Notes under the pieces: model-generated | The model's input: only the letters and a program-made list of their open reading frames with translations | Told to the model about the DNA's origin: nothing | The model's database searches: none | NCBI GenBank assembly: GCA_964485935.1 | Contig: CAZALG010000002.1 | Span: 1-38,479 of the forward strand | Source of the DNA: an uncultured bacterium | GTDB taxonomy: Bacteria > Hydrothermota > UBA3072 | Direction: 5' to 3' | Length of the DNA stretch: 38,479 nucleotides | Shown: positions 25,634 through 33,859 of the stretch, piece by piece | Layout: each line of letters starts with the position of its first letter | How positions within the stretch are numbered: position 1 is the first letter of the stretch | Made by a program: the position numbers and the translations under genes

Positions 25634-26195
25634 AAATGTAATCAAGCTTGATAGAGTAAAAAAGAATAAAAACGATATGGTGATTCACTTAATGCTGCCT
25701 TTCCCCGCGAACACGGGAGACAGTGTTTCTGTGAACGGTGCCTGTTTGACGGTTTCTAAAATATTGGGGAAAACCTATATCTTCGATGTTTCTTCCGAAA
25801 CTCTTTTCCGCAGCAATCTTTCTAATCTCAATGTTGGCGATTGGGTAAATGTCGAACCTTCACTCACCGCAGGGGATTTACTTCACGGACATCTTGTTTA
25901 CGGGCATATAGACGGAGTCGGTAAAATTTTGAGCATAAAGAAAACCCGGGATACCTATGAATTTATCCTTGAATATCCTTCCGAACTTTCAAAGTTTCTT
26001 GCCGAAAAAGGCAGCATTGCGCTCGATGGAGTTTCTCTTACTATTACCGAAGTAAAAGAAAAAAGTTTTAAGATTGTTATGGTTAAGCATACTTTATTAA
26101 ATACAAACTTTAAATACAAAAAAAGGGGAGATATCGTGAATATTGAAATAGATCCACTGGCAAGATATTTGCAAAGATTATTGGAGTTCAAATGA
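25614..26195 (+). CDS. ribE: riboflavin synthase
   Basis: MFTGII N-terminus, duplicated lumazine-binding repeats (SVNGACLTV / ALDGVSLTI). Confidence 0.9.
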   Translation: MFTGIIKNVIKLDRVKKNKNDMVIHLMLPFPANTGDSVSVNGACLTVSKILGKTYIFDVSSETLFRSNLSNLNVGDWVNVEPSLTAGDLLHGHLVYGHIDGVGKILSIKKTRDTYEFILEYPSELSKFLAEKGSIALDGVSLTITEVKEKSFKIVMVKHTLLNTNFKYKKRGDIVNIEIDPLARYLQRLLEFK

Positions 26196-27397
26196 AGAAG
26201 TTTAGTTCCATAGACGATATAATTGAAGACGTCAAAAAAGGTAAACCTCTTATTGTGGTAGACGATGAAGACAGAGAAAACGAAGGGGATTTTGTAGTGG
26301 TTTCAGAGAAAGTTACTCCCGAGACAATAAATTTTATGGCAAAAGAAGGTCGTGGTCTGATTTGTGTTTCTCTTACCCAGAAAAGATTAATTGAACTTGA
26401 ACTTCCCCTAATGACTACAAATATTACGGCCCGCCACGGAACGGCTTTTGCTGTTTCGGTTGATGCTAAAGATGGCACAACTACTGGCATTAGTGCGTTT
26501 GATAGAGCTGCAACCATTAAAAAACTTATTGATCCCAAAACAAAACCTTCGGACCTTTCAAGACCCGGGCATGTTTTTCCTATAATGGCAAAAGAAGGTT
26601 GCACCTTAAGAAGAGCAGGCCACACTGAAGCTTCTATAGACATTGCCAAGATAGCAGGACTATATCCTTCAGCTGTTATTTGCGAAATAATGGATGAAGA
26701 CGGAACTATGGCAAGGTTGCCGCGTCTCCTCGAGATCGCGGATAAGCATAATCTTAAAATAACTACAGTAAAAAGTCTGATAGAGTACAGACAAAAAAGA
26801 GAAAAACTAATTAACAGAGAAACAGAAGTTGCCTTTCCTACTCATCATGGAAAATTTCGGCTTATTCCTTACACAAATGTTATAGATGAGAAGGTCCATA
26901 TTGTTCTTGTCAAAGGAAAAGTAAGTAATCAAAAGGATGTTTTGGTTAGAGTTCATTCGGAATGTTTAACCGGAGACACGCTTCGTTCTCTCCGGTGTGA
27001 TTGCGGAGAACAACTTGTGAATGCCCTAAAAGCTATACAGAAAGAAGGTAGAGGCGTTTTTCTGTATATGAGACAAGAAGGAAGAGGGATAGGGCTGCTA
27101 AATAAACTTAAAGCTTATAGTCTTCAAGACGAAGGATTCGACACAGTCCAGGCAAATGAAAAGCTGGGCTTCAGGATGGACCTACGCGACTATGGAATAG
27201 GAGCTCAGATACTAAAAGATCTTGGCTTATCAACCATTCGTCTTCTAACAAATAATCCGAGAAAAATTGTGGGTTTGGAAGGTTACGGTCTCAAAGTAAC
27301 CGAAAGAGTTCCAATAGAAATCGAACCGACGGAAGAAAATATTAAATATCTAAAAACAAAGAAAAACAAATTAGGTCATACACTTAAAAATGTTTAA
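26192..27397 (+). CDS. ribBA: bifunctional 3,4-dihydroxy-2-butanone-4-phosphate synthase / GTP cyclohydrolase II
   Basis: [10 protein letters not shown] (DHBP synthase) and HSECLTGD...CDCG (GCH II zinc site). Confidence 0.95.
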   Translation: MKKFSSIDDIIEDVKKGKPLIVVDDEDRENEGDFVVVSEKVTPETINFMAKEGRGLICVSLTQKRLIELELPLMTTNITARHGTAFAVSVDAKDGTTTGISAFDRAATIKKLIDPKTKPSDLSRPGHVFPIMAKEGCTLRRAGHTEASIDIAKIAGLYPSAVICEIMDEDGTMARLPRLLEIADKHNLKITTVKSLIEYRQKREKLINRETEVAFPTHHGKFRLIPYTNVIDEKVHIVLVKGKVSNQKDVLVRVHSECLTGDTLRSLRCDCGEQLVNALKAIQKEGRGVFLYMRQEGRGIGLLNKLKAYSLQDEGFDTVQANEKLGFRMDLRDYGIGAQILKDLGLSTIRLLTNNPRKIVGLEGYGLKVTERVPIEIEPTEENIKYLKTKKNKLGHTLKNV

Positions 27398-27409
27398 GAA
27401 GGAGGGTTT

Positions 27410-27874
27410 ATGGAATACAAGGGTTTAATCAAAGGAAAAGGAATTAAAATAGCAATTATTGTACCCCGATTTAACTCCAGAGTAACAGGGATATTAAAAG
27501 AAGGAGCGATGGACTGTTTAAGACAGCATGAAGTAAAAGAAGAAGACATCGATACATATTGGGTCCCGGGTTCTTTCGAGCTACCTATGCTTCTTTCCAA
27601 GGTTGTAAAAATTAAAAAATATGATGGGTTTTTAGTCCTTGGAGCTTTAATCAGGGGTGAAACACCTCATTTTGATCATCTCGCGACGGAAACAACAAAA
27701 GGTATAGCCAAGATATCACTCGAGATAAAAAAGCCTGTAGGGTACGGGGTTATAACTGCCGACACAGAAGAACAAGCTTTAAGTAGAGCGGGGATGAAAG
27801 TCGGCAATAAAGGATGGGATGCGGCTTTGACAACTCTTGAAATGATAAACCTTTACAAAGAAATAGAAAAGTGA
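27410..27874 (+). CDS. ribH: 6,7-dimethyl-8-ribityllumazine synthase
   Basis: IAIIVPRFN...VPGSFELP...GETPHFD signature; GGAGGG RBS. Confidence 0.95.
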   Translation: MEYKGLIKGKGIKIAIIVPRFNSRVTGILKEGAMDCLRQHEVKEEDIDTYWVPGSFELPMLLSKVVKIKKYDGFLVLGALIRGETPHFDHLATETTKGIAKISLEIKKPVGYGVITADTEEQALSRAGMKVGNKGWDAALTTLEMINLYKEIEK

Positions 27875-28296
27875 AGAGTAAAGGATCAAGAAGACTCGGC
27901 AGGATACTTGCGGCTCAAGTCCTTTATCCCAAGAGGATAAATCTTAAGCTTTCAACCGCTCATCTCGAGAAAATTATTAGTTTAAACAGACAGGATTACG
28001 ATGAAGAAGCTTTAGCTTTCGCAAAAACCCTGTTGAATCTGGTAGAAGAACACTTAGAGGAGGCAGATAAATTAATTAAAACGGTTCTTGAAAATTGGGA
28101 ATGGGACCGACTCTGCGCTATGGATAGAGCCATTCTTGGGATAGCTGTATTGGAACTGCTATACTTGCCTGACGTTCCTGCAAGGGTAACAATTAATGAA
28201 GCAATTGAAATTGCAAAGGAATTCTCAACTGAGAAATCAGGTATATTCGTCAATGGTATACTTGATTCAATCGCGAGAGAAAAAGGACTTTTATGA
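27871..28296 (+). CDS. nusB: transcription antitermination factor NusB
   Basis: ILGIAVLELLYLPDVPARVTINEAIEIAKEF...FVNGILD. The conserved ribH-nusB adjacency is also present. Confidence 0.85.
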   Translation: MKSKGSRRLGRILAAQVLYPKRINLKLSTAHLEKIISLNRQDYDEEALAFAKTLLNLVEEHLEEADKLIKTVLENWEWDRLCAMDRAILGIAVLELLYLPDVPARVTINEAIEIAKEFSTEKSGIFVNGILDSIAREKGLL

Positions 28297-29024
28297 TATA
28301 TGGCGTAATTTCTGACATACACGGAAATTTAGAAGCGCTTCTTGCTACCTTAGAAAGCATTAAATCTTACAAAAAAAAGATAGACAAAATTATATGCCTG
28401 GGAGATATTGTGGGTTATGGAGCAGATCCGGGTGAATGTATCAGAATTACCAGGGAAATTTCTGACGTTATTCTTGCCGGCAACCACGATTTCGCGGTTT
28501 GCGAACAAACAAGCATAGAAGCTTTTAATGCGTACGCACGCGCAGCAGTTCTTTGGAGTAGAGACGCGCTGAATGAAGATGAAATTAATTTTTTGAAAGA
28601 TTTACCTCTAATATATGGAGAAAAAAGCACGGATTTTGTTCATTCTTCCCTACATCGACCGGAGTCCTGGAGATATCTTTCCGGAACTCCTGATACATAT
28701 ATAGATTTCCAGATTATGGAAAAAAATGTGCTTTTTGTAGGACATACTCACGTCCCGGTAATTTTTGAAAACGAAGGAATGGAGGTAAAAAGACTAAATT
28801 CTTCTGAGTTATTCTTGAATCCGAACAAAAAATACATTATAAATCCCGGTAGCGTGGGGCAACCGAGAGATAGGGACCAGAGAGCCTCTTTCTCTATTTT
28901 TGACTTAGAAAACAAATCTATTGAAACGATCCGTGTCGAATACGATATCAAGGAAGCACAAAGAAAAATCCTGAATGCCGGACTCCCCGAAGTCCTGGCT
29001 AATCGTTTAAGTTACGGAGGATAA
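28293..29024 (+). CDS. metallophosphoesterase family protein (YfcE/MJ0936-like)
   Basis: DIHGN, GDIVGYG, GNHD and GHTH metal-binding motifs in canonical order. Confidence 0.75.
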   Translation: MIYGVISDIHGNLEALLATLESIKSYKKKIDKIICLGDIVGYGADPGECIRITREISDVILAGNHDFAVCEQTSIEAFNAYARAAVLWSRDALNEDEINFLKDLPLIYGEKSTDFVHSSLHRPESWRYLSGTPDTYIDFQIMEKNVLFVGHTHVPVIFENEGMEVKRLNSSELFLNPNKKYIINPGSVGQPRDRDQRASFSIFDLENKSIETIRVEYDIKEAQRKILNAGLPEVLANRLSYGG

Positions 29025-29106
29025 CAGGAAGGAGAATCTTTGGATTGATACCGTTCAAATTTTTTTAAATATCTCATTTTATTTCGATTTTATGAGAAAT
29101 AAAATA

Positions 29107-29147
29107 TCAAAATTTAAAAAGCAAAATGACAGATCAAAATTCAAAAT
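29107..29147 (+). repeat. 7-nt micro-array TCAAAAT TTAAAAA GCAAAAT (gacaga) TCAAAAT TCAAAAT
   Basis: Direct reading; inverted partner at 29347-29367. Confidence 0.6.
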
Positions 29148-29178
29148 CATACTTTACTCTAACCGCTAAGTCCAAAAA

Positions 29179-29208
29179 AATCGTGTTATCAGTATTATTC
29201 GTTGTTAC
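29179..29208 (-). repeat. degenerate GTG-form micro-array (AATCGTGTT ATCAGTATT ATTCGTTGTTAC)
   Basis: Direct reading; 9-10-nt period. Confidence 0.45.
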
Positions 29209-29247
29209 TTTTTTAGCTGGGAGGTTAGGAAATTAAAAAACAAAAAA

Positions 29248-29268
29248 TATTTAGTGTATTTCGTGGTT
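29248..29268 (-). repeat. GTG-form micro-array TATTTAGTG TATTTCGTGGTT
   Basis: 20/21 identical to 242-262. Confidence 0.8.
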
Positions 29269-29282
29269 GAATAAAATGTTTT

Positions 29283-29311
29283 TTTCTGTGTGTTCTCTGT
29301 AACTTTGTGGC
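29283..29311 (-). repeat. GTG-form micro-array TTTCTGTG TGTTCTCTGT AACTTTGTGGC
   Basis: Direct reading; 10-nt period. Confidence 0.6.
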
Positions 29312-29346
29312 AAAAGAAATTTTTTAACTTTGATTTGTATTTTTTC

Positions 29347-29367
29347 ATTTTGATATTTGATTTTTAA
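29347..29367 (-). repeat. 7-nt micro-array ATTTTGA TATTTGA TTTTTAA (reverse complement of the TCAAAAT family)
   Basis: Direct reading. Confidence 0.55.
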
Positions 29368-29383
29368 TTTTTTAGAAAATACC

Positions 29384-29411
29384 TTGACAAAGAAAGCGGA
29401 TTTTCTATCAT
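29384..29411 (+). promoter_or_regulatory. sigma70-like promoter for maf (TTGACA-N16-TATCAT), predicting a leaderless mRNA
   Basis: -35 at 29384-29389 and -10 at 29406-29411. The maf ATG starts 7 nt after the -10, and no SD is present. Confidence 0.55.
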
Positions 29412-29417
29412 AAAGTT

Positions 29418-29987
29418 ATGAGGATAATTTTAGCTTCTTCCTCAGAGAGAAGGAAGGAGGTTCTTAAACAACTCGGAGTAAAAGCAGAAATTATAGTTCC
29501 AACTATTGAGGAAACTATTCAGAAGACTCCAGTAGAAACAGTGGTTAGCAATGCTACAAGAAAAGCTACCTGGGTTTTTGAAAATAAAAAAACCATTAAA
29601 AAATCAATTGTTTTAGGTTTTGACACCTTAGTCTTTCTGGGAAACAAAATAATTGGAAAACCCATAGACAGGGAAGATTCCATCAGAATGTTAAAAGAAT
29701 TATCGGGAAAGTGGCACGAGGTGTACACAGGAGTCGCTGTTTTAAAAGATGGAACTCTGTTTCAGGATTATGATAAAAGCGAAGTAAAATTTCATCAATT
29801 AACACATTCTCAAATTTCATATTATGTTAATTCGGGTCAAAATCTAGATAAGGCCGGGTCCTATGGAATTCAGGATAAGAATATGTCTTTTATTGAAAGG
29901 ATTGAAGGTAGTTTTTCCAACGTAATTGGATTTCCTTTAGAAGTTAGTAGAAATCTATTAAAGGAATCCGGCTGCAATATACTGTGA
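29418..29987 (+). CDS. maf: Maf-family nucleoside-triphosphate pyrophosphatase
   Basis: MRIILASSSERRKEVL N-terminus, GFDT, AGSYGIQD motifs. Confidence 0.9.
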   Translation: MRIILASSSERRKEVLKQLGVKAEIIVPTIEETIQKTPVETVVSNATRKATWVFENKKTIKKSIVLGFDTLVFLGNKIIGKPIDREDSIRMLKELSGKWHEVYTGVAVLKDGTLFQDYDKSEVKFHQLTHSQISYYVNSGQNLDKAGSYGIQDKNMSFIERIEGSFSNVIGFPLEVSRNLLKESGCNIL

Positions 29988-29997
29988 GAAGCAAATT

Positions 29998-31005
29998 ATG
30001 ATTTGGGCTAAAACCATTAAATGGTGTGGAGAGCATGCAAGATTAATCGATCAAAGAAAGTTACCTCATGAGGAGGTTTACGTCGAGGTCAGAACGGCTG
30101 AGGATATGTGTAAAGCAATTAAAAATATGACTATAAGAGGAGCACCAGCTATTGGTGTAGCAGCGGCCTATGGTATTGCTCTTGCTGCTTTAAACAGTAA
30201 GAATAAAGAATCTTTGGAGAAAAAGATAGACGTAATTGAATCAGCAAGGCCAACTGCTCAAAATCTTTTCTACGCGGTAAGGAGAATGAGAAAACTTCTG
30301 AAAGGTAAAGATGTTAATGCTTCTCTTTTTGTCGAGGAAGCACTTAAAATCCACGAAGAAGACAAAAGGCTCACTGAACTCCTTGGAAAAAATGGCTCCA
30401 AATTAATAAAAAACAACTCGTTATATATGACTATCTGTAATGCCGGGGCTCTTGCAACAGGTGGAATCGGTACTGCGTTGGCTGTTTTTTACAAAGCTAA
30501 AGAAGAAGGAAAAGAAATTACCGTTTTCATTCCAGAAACCAGACCTTTTCTTCAGGGAGCAAGACTTACTGCCTGGGAACTTAAAAAAAACGCTATAAAA
30601 TCTATTCTTATTGTAGACAGTGCGGTTTCACACATACTAAAGACTGAAAATATTAGCGGTATATTTACAGGGGCAGATAGAATTGCAAAAAATGGTGATA
30701 CCGCGAATAAAATAGGCACATATTCTCTCTCTTTATCTGCAAAAGAAAACGACGTTCCGTTCTATGTCGTTGCTCCCAGCACGACTTTCGATCTCGAACT
30801 AAAAGACGGGAAAGATATTCCAATAGAAGAAAGAGCAAAAGAAGAAGTAACAGAATTTATGGGATTGCCTACTGCGCCAATTGACATAGATGTAAAAAAC
30901 CCTGCCTTTGATGTTACTCCCCACAGGTTCATCAGCGGTATTGTTACTGAAAGAGGTATAATTTATCCTCCGTTTGAGGAAAATATGAGTGTAATCGAAT
31001 GTTGA
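29998..31005 (+). CDS. mtnA: S-methyl-5-thioribose-1-phosphate isomerase (eIF-2B alpha/beta/delta family; a ribose-1,5-bisphosphate isomerase role is not excluded)
   Basis: IRGAPAIGVAAAYG, TICNAGALAT, GADRIAKNGDTANKIGTY motifs. Confidence 0.8.
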   Translation: MIWAKTIKWCGEHARLIDQRKLPHEEVYVEVRTAEDMCKAIKNMTIRGAPAIGVAAAYGIALAALNSKNKESLEKKIDVIESARPTAQNLFYAVRRMRKLLKGKDVNASLFVEEALKIHEEDKRLTELLGKNGSKLIKNNSLYMTICNAGALATGGIGTALAVFYKAKEEGKEITVFIPETRPFLQGARLTAWELKKNAIKSILIVDSAVSHILKTENISGIFTGADRIAKNGDTANKIGTYSLSLSAKENDVPFYVVAPSTTFDLELKDGKDIPIEERAKEEVTEFMGLPTAPIDIDVKNPAFDVTPHRFISGIVTERGIIYPPFEENMSVIEC

Positions 31006-32024
31006 TTTTTCTTCTGCTTCTTGTTGAAGAGGATGTTTTTAATCCAGTTTTACCTCCACCGGAAATAGAGCCCGAAATAGAATGGTTTAAGCAAATAGAA
31101 AAGAGTTGGATAAATGTGGCTTTAAACAGAGAAATAGATTACAACTTTGTTGCATTTAAATTTAGGAATTTATCTCTTGAAAGCTTAAACAAAAGGGACT
31201 TTACGGATCACTATCGAATTAAAGCTTCTGCTAAATCAATATCTTATAATCTCCAGACTAATTACGTTGAATGGGATGGAATTCGATTCTCGAAGACATC
31301 GGGATGGAAATGGCTTGCAGAAGACAAGAGTTATTTCCTTGGTTGGTTTGAAGCTTTTAGCTGCCAGGACTCAGTTGCTGCCGACTTTGGGGCACGTTTT
31401 TACCCGTTGATAAGACCTTTTTTTCTGGGAGGATGGCTTAACTATAAGGAAAGTCTGGACTATGGTCTAATTCTTCAATTTCATTTTTTAAGAGGAGAAT
31501 TGGGTAAAGAAAGACAGTGTGTCGGCTTTGTGAATGATTGTGGTGAAATCAAGGTGGGCAAGTTCCGCGAGCGTTTTCCGATTATCTTTTATCCCCTCGA
31601 AGGCTTCTTCCCAAAAGTTGGAGTTTTTTATGGGACAAGAATAAATCTTTTTGATTTTAAAATTATTGGAGGTAGAAAATATTTTTATGCGGAGGGAGAT
31701 GATATTCTTAGTTGGGAAGAAGGAGAGGTTTATTTCGCGAATATCCAGTTTGAAAAGGAAAAATTCGGGATTCAGTACTTCTATCAAAATAAAGGCATGG
31801 TGAGAGAATTCGGAGAAATTCACGCAAATGGAGGGTTAGGAATTTTTGGCTCAGAGGTCAGTCTAACCGGTTATCTTACACCAAGAAAATATATTACAGG
31901 GGGATTCTCTCTATGGTTGAGGACAAAATTCTCACCCTTTTTCTCAATTAGAAATTTATCTTGGGCGCCCGAGGATAACTTCCAGGAACCAGTATATTAC
32001 CTGGGGATAAGATATGCTCAGTGA
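30999..32024 (+). CDS. hypothetical protein (aromatic/Gly-rich, possible outer-membrane barrel)
   Basis: Long ORF translationally coupled on both sides (7-nt and 11-nt overlaps). I recognise no motif. Confidence 0.45.
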   Translation: MLIFLLLLVEEDVFNPVLPPPEIEPEIEWFKQIEKSWINVALNREIDYNFVAFKFRNLSLESLNKRDFTDHYRIKASAKSISYNLQTNYVEWDGIRFSKTSGWKWLAEDKSYFLGWFEAFSCQDSVAADFGARFYPLIRPFFLGGWLNYKESLDYGLILQFHFLRGELGKERQCVGFVNDCGEIKVGKFRERFPIIFYPLEGFFPKVGVFYGTRINLFDFKIIGGRKYFYAEGDDILSWEEGEVYFANIQFEKEKFGIQYFYQNKGMVREFGEIHANGGLGIFGSEVSLTGYLTPRKYITGGFSLWLRTKFSPFFSIRNLSWAPEDNFQEPVYYLGIRYAQ

Positions 32025-32361
32025 TTCTGAAAGGAGAGTACTCTTTTTTATTATTGCTGTACTTCTTGTAGGAAGCTTAACGGGGTTTTTTCATTCTAAT
32101 CCTGAAGAAAAAACAGAAAAACTTACATCCTTCCCTATAAGTATTAATTCTGCAACCGCTGAAGAATTAGTTCTTCTTCCGGGTGTAGGAGATGTAATAG
32201 CAAAAAGAATATTGGAATATAGAAGCAAAAATAATGGTTTTAAAAGCAAAGATGAAATTATGAGAGTTAAAGGTATAGGTAAAGTTAAGTTTGAAAAAAT
32301 AAAGGACAAAATTTGTGTTGAAAATCCAGAGCAAACAAAAAAAGAAAATAGCCACAGATGA
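32014..32361 (+). CDS. comEA: ComEA-family helix-hairpin-helix DNA-binding protein
   Basis: TM anchor, then INSATAEELVLLPGVGDVIAKRILEYR...VKGIGKVKFEKIK (two HhH motifs). Confidence 0.75.
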   Translation: MLSDSERRVLFFIIAVLLVGSLTGFFHSNPEEKTEKLTSFPISINSATAEELVLLPGVGDVIAKRILEYRSKNNGFKSKDEIMRVKGIGKVKFEKIKDKICVENPEQTKKENSHR

Positions 32362-32380
32362 ACACAGATAAAAACAGATT
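32351..32380 (+). repeat. micro-tandem array GCCACAGATG AACACAGATA AAAACAGATT
   Basis: Exact 10-nt period. The comEA TGA stop (32359-32361) lies inside unit 1. Confidence 0.8.
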
Positions 32381-32424
32381 AAAAAGTTTTGTTGTTTTAA
32401 ATAAAAAAATTGGGATGGGATGGT

Positions 32425-32454
32425 ATCAGTGTTTATCAGTGAAAATCAGTGGTT
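32425..32454 (-). repeat. micro-tandem array ATCAGTGTTT ATCAGTGAAA ATCAGTGGTT
   Basis: Exact 10-nt period. It ends 7 nt before the GGAGG of the next gene. Confidence 0.85.
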
Positions 32455-32471
32455 AATTATTGGAGGTAAAT

Positions 32472-32954
32472 ATGGAAATGAAATTGATAGATATTGAGCG
32501 CCCAGAAAACGCAAATGTTATAATAGGACAAACTCATTTTATAAAAACCGTAGAAGATATCCATGAAGCTCTTGTTACTTCCCTGCCCATGATTAAATTC
32601 GGTGTAGCTTTCTGTGAAGCTTCAGGCGCCAGACTAATACGTCATAGCGGGACGGATAAGGAATTAGAAGACCTGGCGGTAAAAAATGCAGAGAAAATCG
32701 GAGCCGGGCACTCCTTTGTTCTAATTCTTGGCAACGCTTTTCCGATAAACATCATGAAATCACTAAAGGCTGTGGATGAAGTTCTATATCTCTATGCCGC
32801 AACTGCGAATCCAGTCAAAGTAATCGTCGCCTGTGAAGGTGAACAAAGAGGTATTCTTGGAGTGCTGGATGGAGAGAAGCCCCTTGGAGTCGAAGGCGAA
32901 AAAGATATTGCCGACAGAAAAGACCTGCTCAGAAAAATAGGATATAAACTTTGA
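32472..32954 (+). CDS. adenosine-specific kinase family (PF04008-like) protein
   Basis: IIGQTHFIKTVEDIHEALVTS.P.IKFGVAFCEASG resembles the small archaeal/bacterial adenosine-specific kinase family as I remember it. ATG 5 nt after GGAGG. Confidence 0.5.
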   Translation: MEMKLIDIERPENANVIIGQTHFIKTVEDIHEALVTSLPMIKFGVAFCEASGARLIRHSGTDKELEDLAVKNAEKIGAGHSFVLILGNAFPINIMKSLKAVDEVLYLYAATANPVKVIVACEGEQRGILGVLDGEKPLGVEGEKDIADRKDLLRKIGYKL

Positions 32955-32968
32955 ATGTAATATGAAAT

Positions 32969-33421
32969 ATGAAAAAAGAAAAAGGCACAGATATTTTAGA
33001 ATTTATAAGCAATATTATCTACGAAAAAAAGCAGGTTGAAGATTACGGCGTTTACCTTACAATAGGTAAGGTTTTTCGATTCACAGGTAAGGCAGATATC
33101 GACTTCGGAGACAGCGAATACAAAAAAAGCGAAATACAGAAGATAGAACCTGTGAAGCGGAAAGCGGAGGATAAATACGGTTGGTGGGAACTCACCGGTG
33201 GCGAATATTTAATAGAATTCAATGAAGAACTACAGGAAGTACTTCCTGATGCCAAATTAGTTATATTACAGCCCTCAGAAAGAATAACTTTAAACGGAGC
33301 TTTTCATGCAACGAAAGTGATCGAAAAAAAGGGGAAGATAAGATTAACTCTTTATGTGGGGAAAAACGGAATAAATATAAAAGAAAATGCGAGAATCAGC
33401 AAACTTATTGTGCTGGATTAA
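32969..33421 (+). CDS. hypothetical protein, possible degenerate dUTPase/dCTP-deaminase fold
   Basis: The overall pattern (L.IGKVF...IDF......L.GGEYLIEFNE...LP.DA...L.P...L..G......V...GKI.L.L...G.I.I..NARI..L) parallels dCTP-deaminase-like proteins, but the RSS and DxG(F/Y)xG catalytic motifs are absent. Confidence 0.3.
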   Translation: MKKEKGTDILEFISNIIYEKKQVEDYGVYLTIGKVFRFTGKADIDFGDSEYKKSEIQKIEPVKRKAEDKYGWWELTGGEYLIEFNEELQEVLPDAKLVILQPSERITLNGAFHATKVIEKKGKIRLTLYVGKNGINIKENARISKLIVLD

Positions 33422-33442
33422 CTTCAATCTTCAAGATACAGG

Positions 33443-33859
33443 ATGAAAAAAAGAGTTTTGTTTATATGTACGCACAATTCCGCTCGGTCACAAATGGCTG
33501 AAGGCTTGCTTAGTAGTTTGTTTGGTGAGCGATATGAAGTTTTCAGCGCGGGAACCGAACCCGGGGAAATTAATCCAAATTCAATAGAAGTAATGAAAGA
33601 GATAGGAATCGATATTTCTAATCATTATTCTAAAAACGTTAAAGATTTAATAAATGAAGATTTCGATTATGTTATAACTGTATGCGGCGGGGCCAAAGAA
33701 ACTTGCCCCTTTTCCCCAGGAGGAGGTCAGCAGTTACATAAAGGGTTCGAAGACTCATCCTCATTTTCGGGCAGCAAAGAAGAAGTACTGGGCAAATTCA
33801 GGAAAATTAGAGATAACTTAAAAGAATGGATCGAGGAGTTTTTCAATGGAAAAAGATAA
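33443..33859 (+). CDS. arsC: arsenate reductase, thioredoxin-coupled LMW-PTP type
   Basis: CTHNSARSQMAEG P-loop (Cx5R) plus the downstream Cys pair in VCGGAKETCP. Confidence 0.85.
   Translation: MKKRVLFICTHNSARSQMAEGLLSSLFGERYEVFSAGTEPGEINPNSIEVMKEIGIDISNHYSKNVKDLINEDFDYVITVCGGAKETCPFSPGGGQQLHKGFEDSSSFSGSKEEVLGKFRKIRDNLKEWIEEFFNGKR

Noticed and set aside
26188-26649. 153-aa antisense ORF, and similar long antisense ORFs: 367-882, 12629-12934, 13918-14238, 14379-14762, 18485-18868, 20144-20566, 25145-25459, 27996-28322, 31488-31823, 34054-34353.
   Set aside because: Each is fully contained in, and antisense or out of frame to, a gene with strong family motifs (ribBA, birA, rsmB, cysS, and so on). 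They have low-complexity composition and no RBS, so they are shadow ORFs.
29025-29417. A hidden protein-coding or known structured-RNA gene (tmRNA, RNase P, SRP, 6S) in the 393-nt gap.
   Set aside because: No ORF with an RBS. I could not find conserved cores for RNase P, for tmRNA (tRNA-like end plus tag reading frame) or for the SRP GGAA tetraloop helix. The gap is almost entirely accounted for by micro-arrays. A covariance-model scan would be needed to be sure.
23870-33859. An ars (arsenic resistance) operon formed by the ArsR-family gene and arsC.
   Set aside because: The two genes are 9 kb apart on opposite strands in different operons. No arsB/acr3/arsA is present. ArsR/SmtB is a broad family of regulators.
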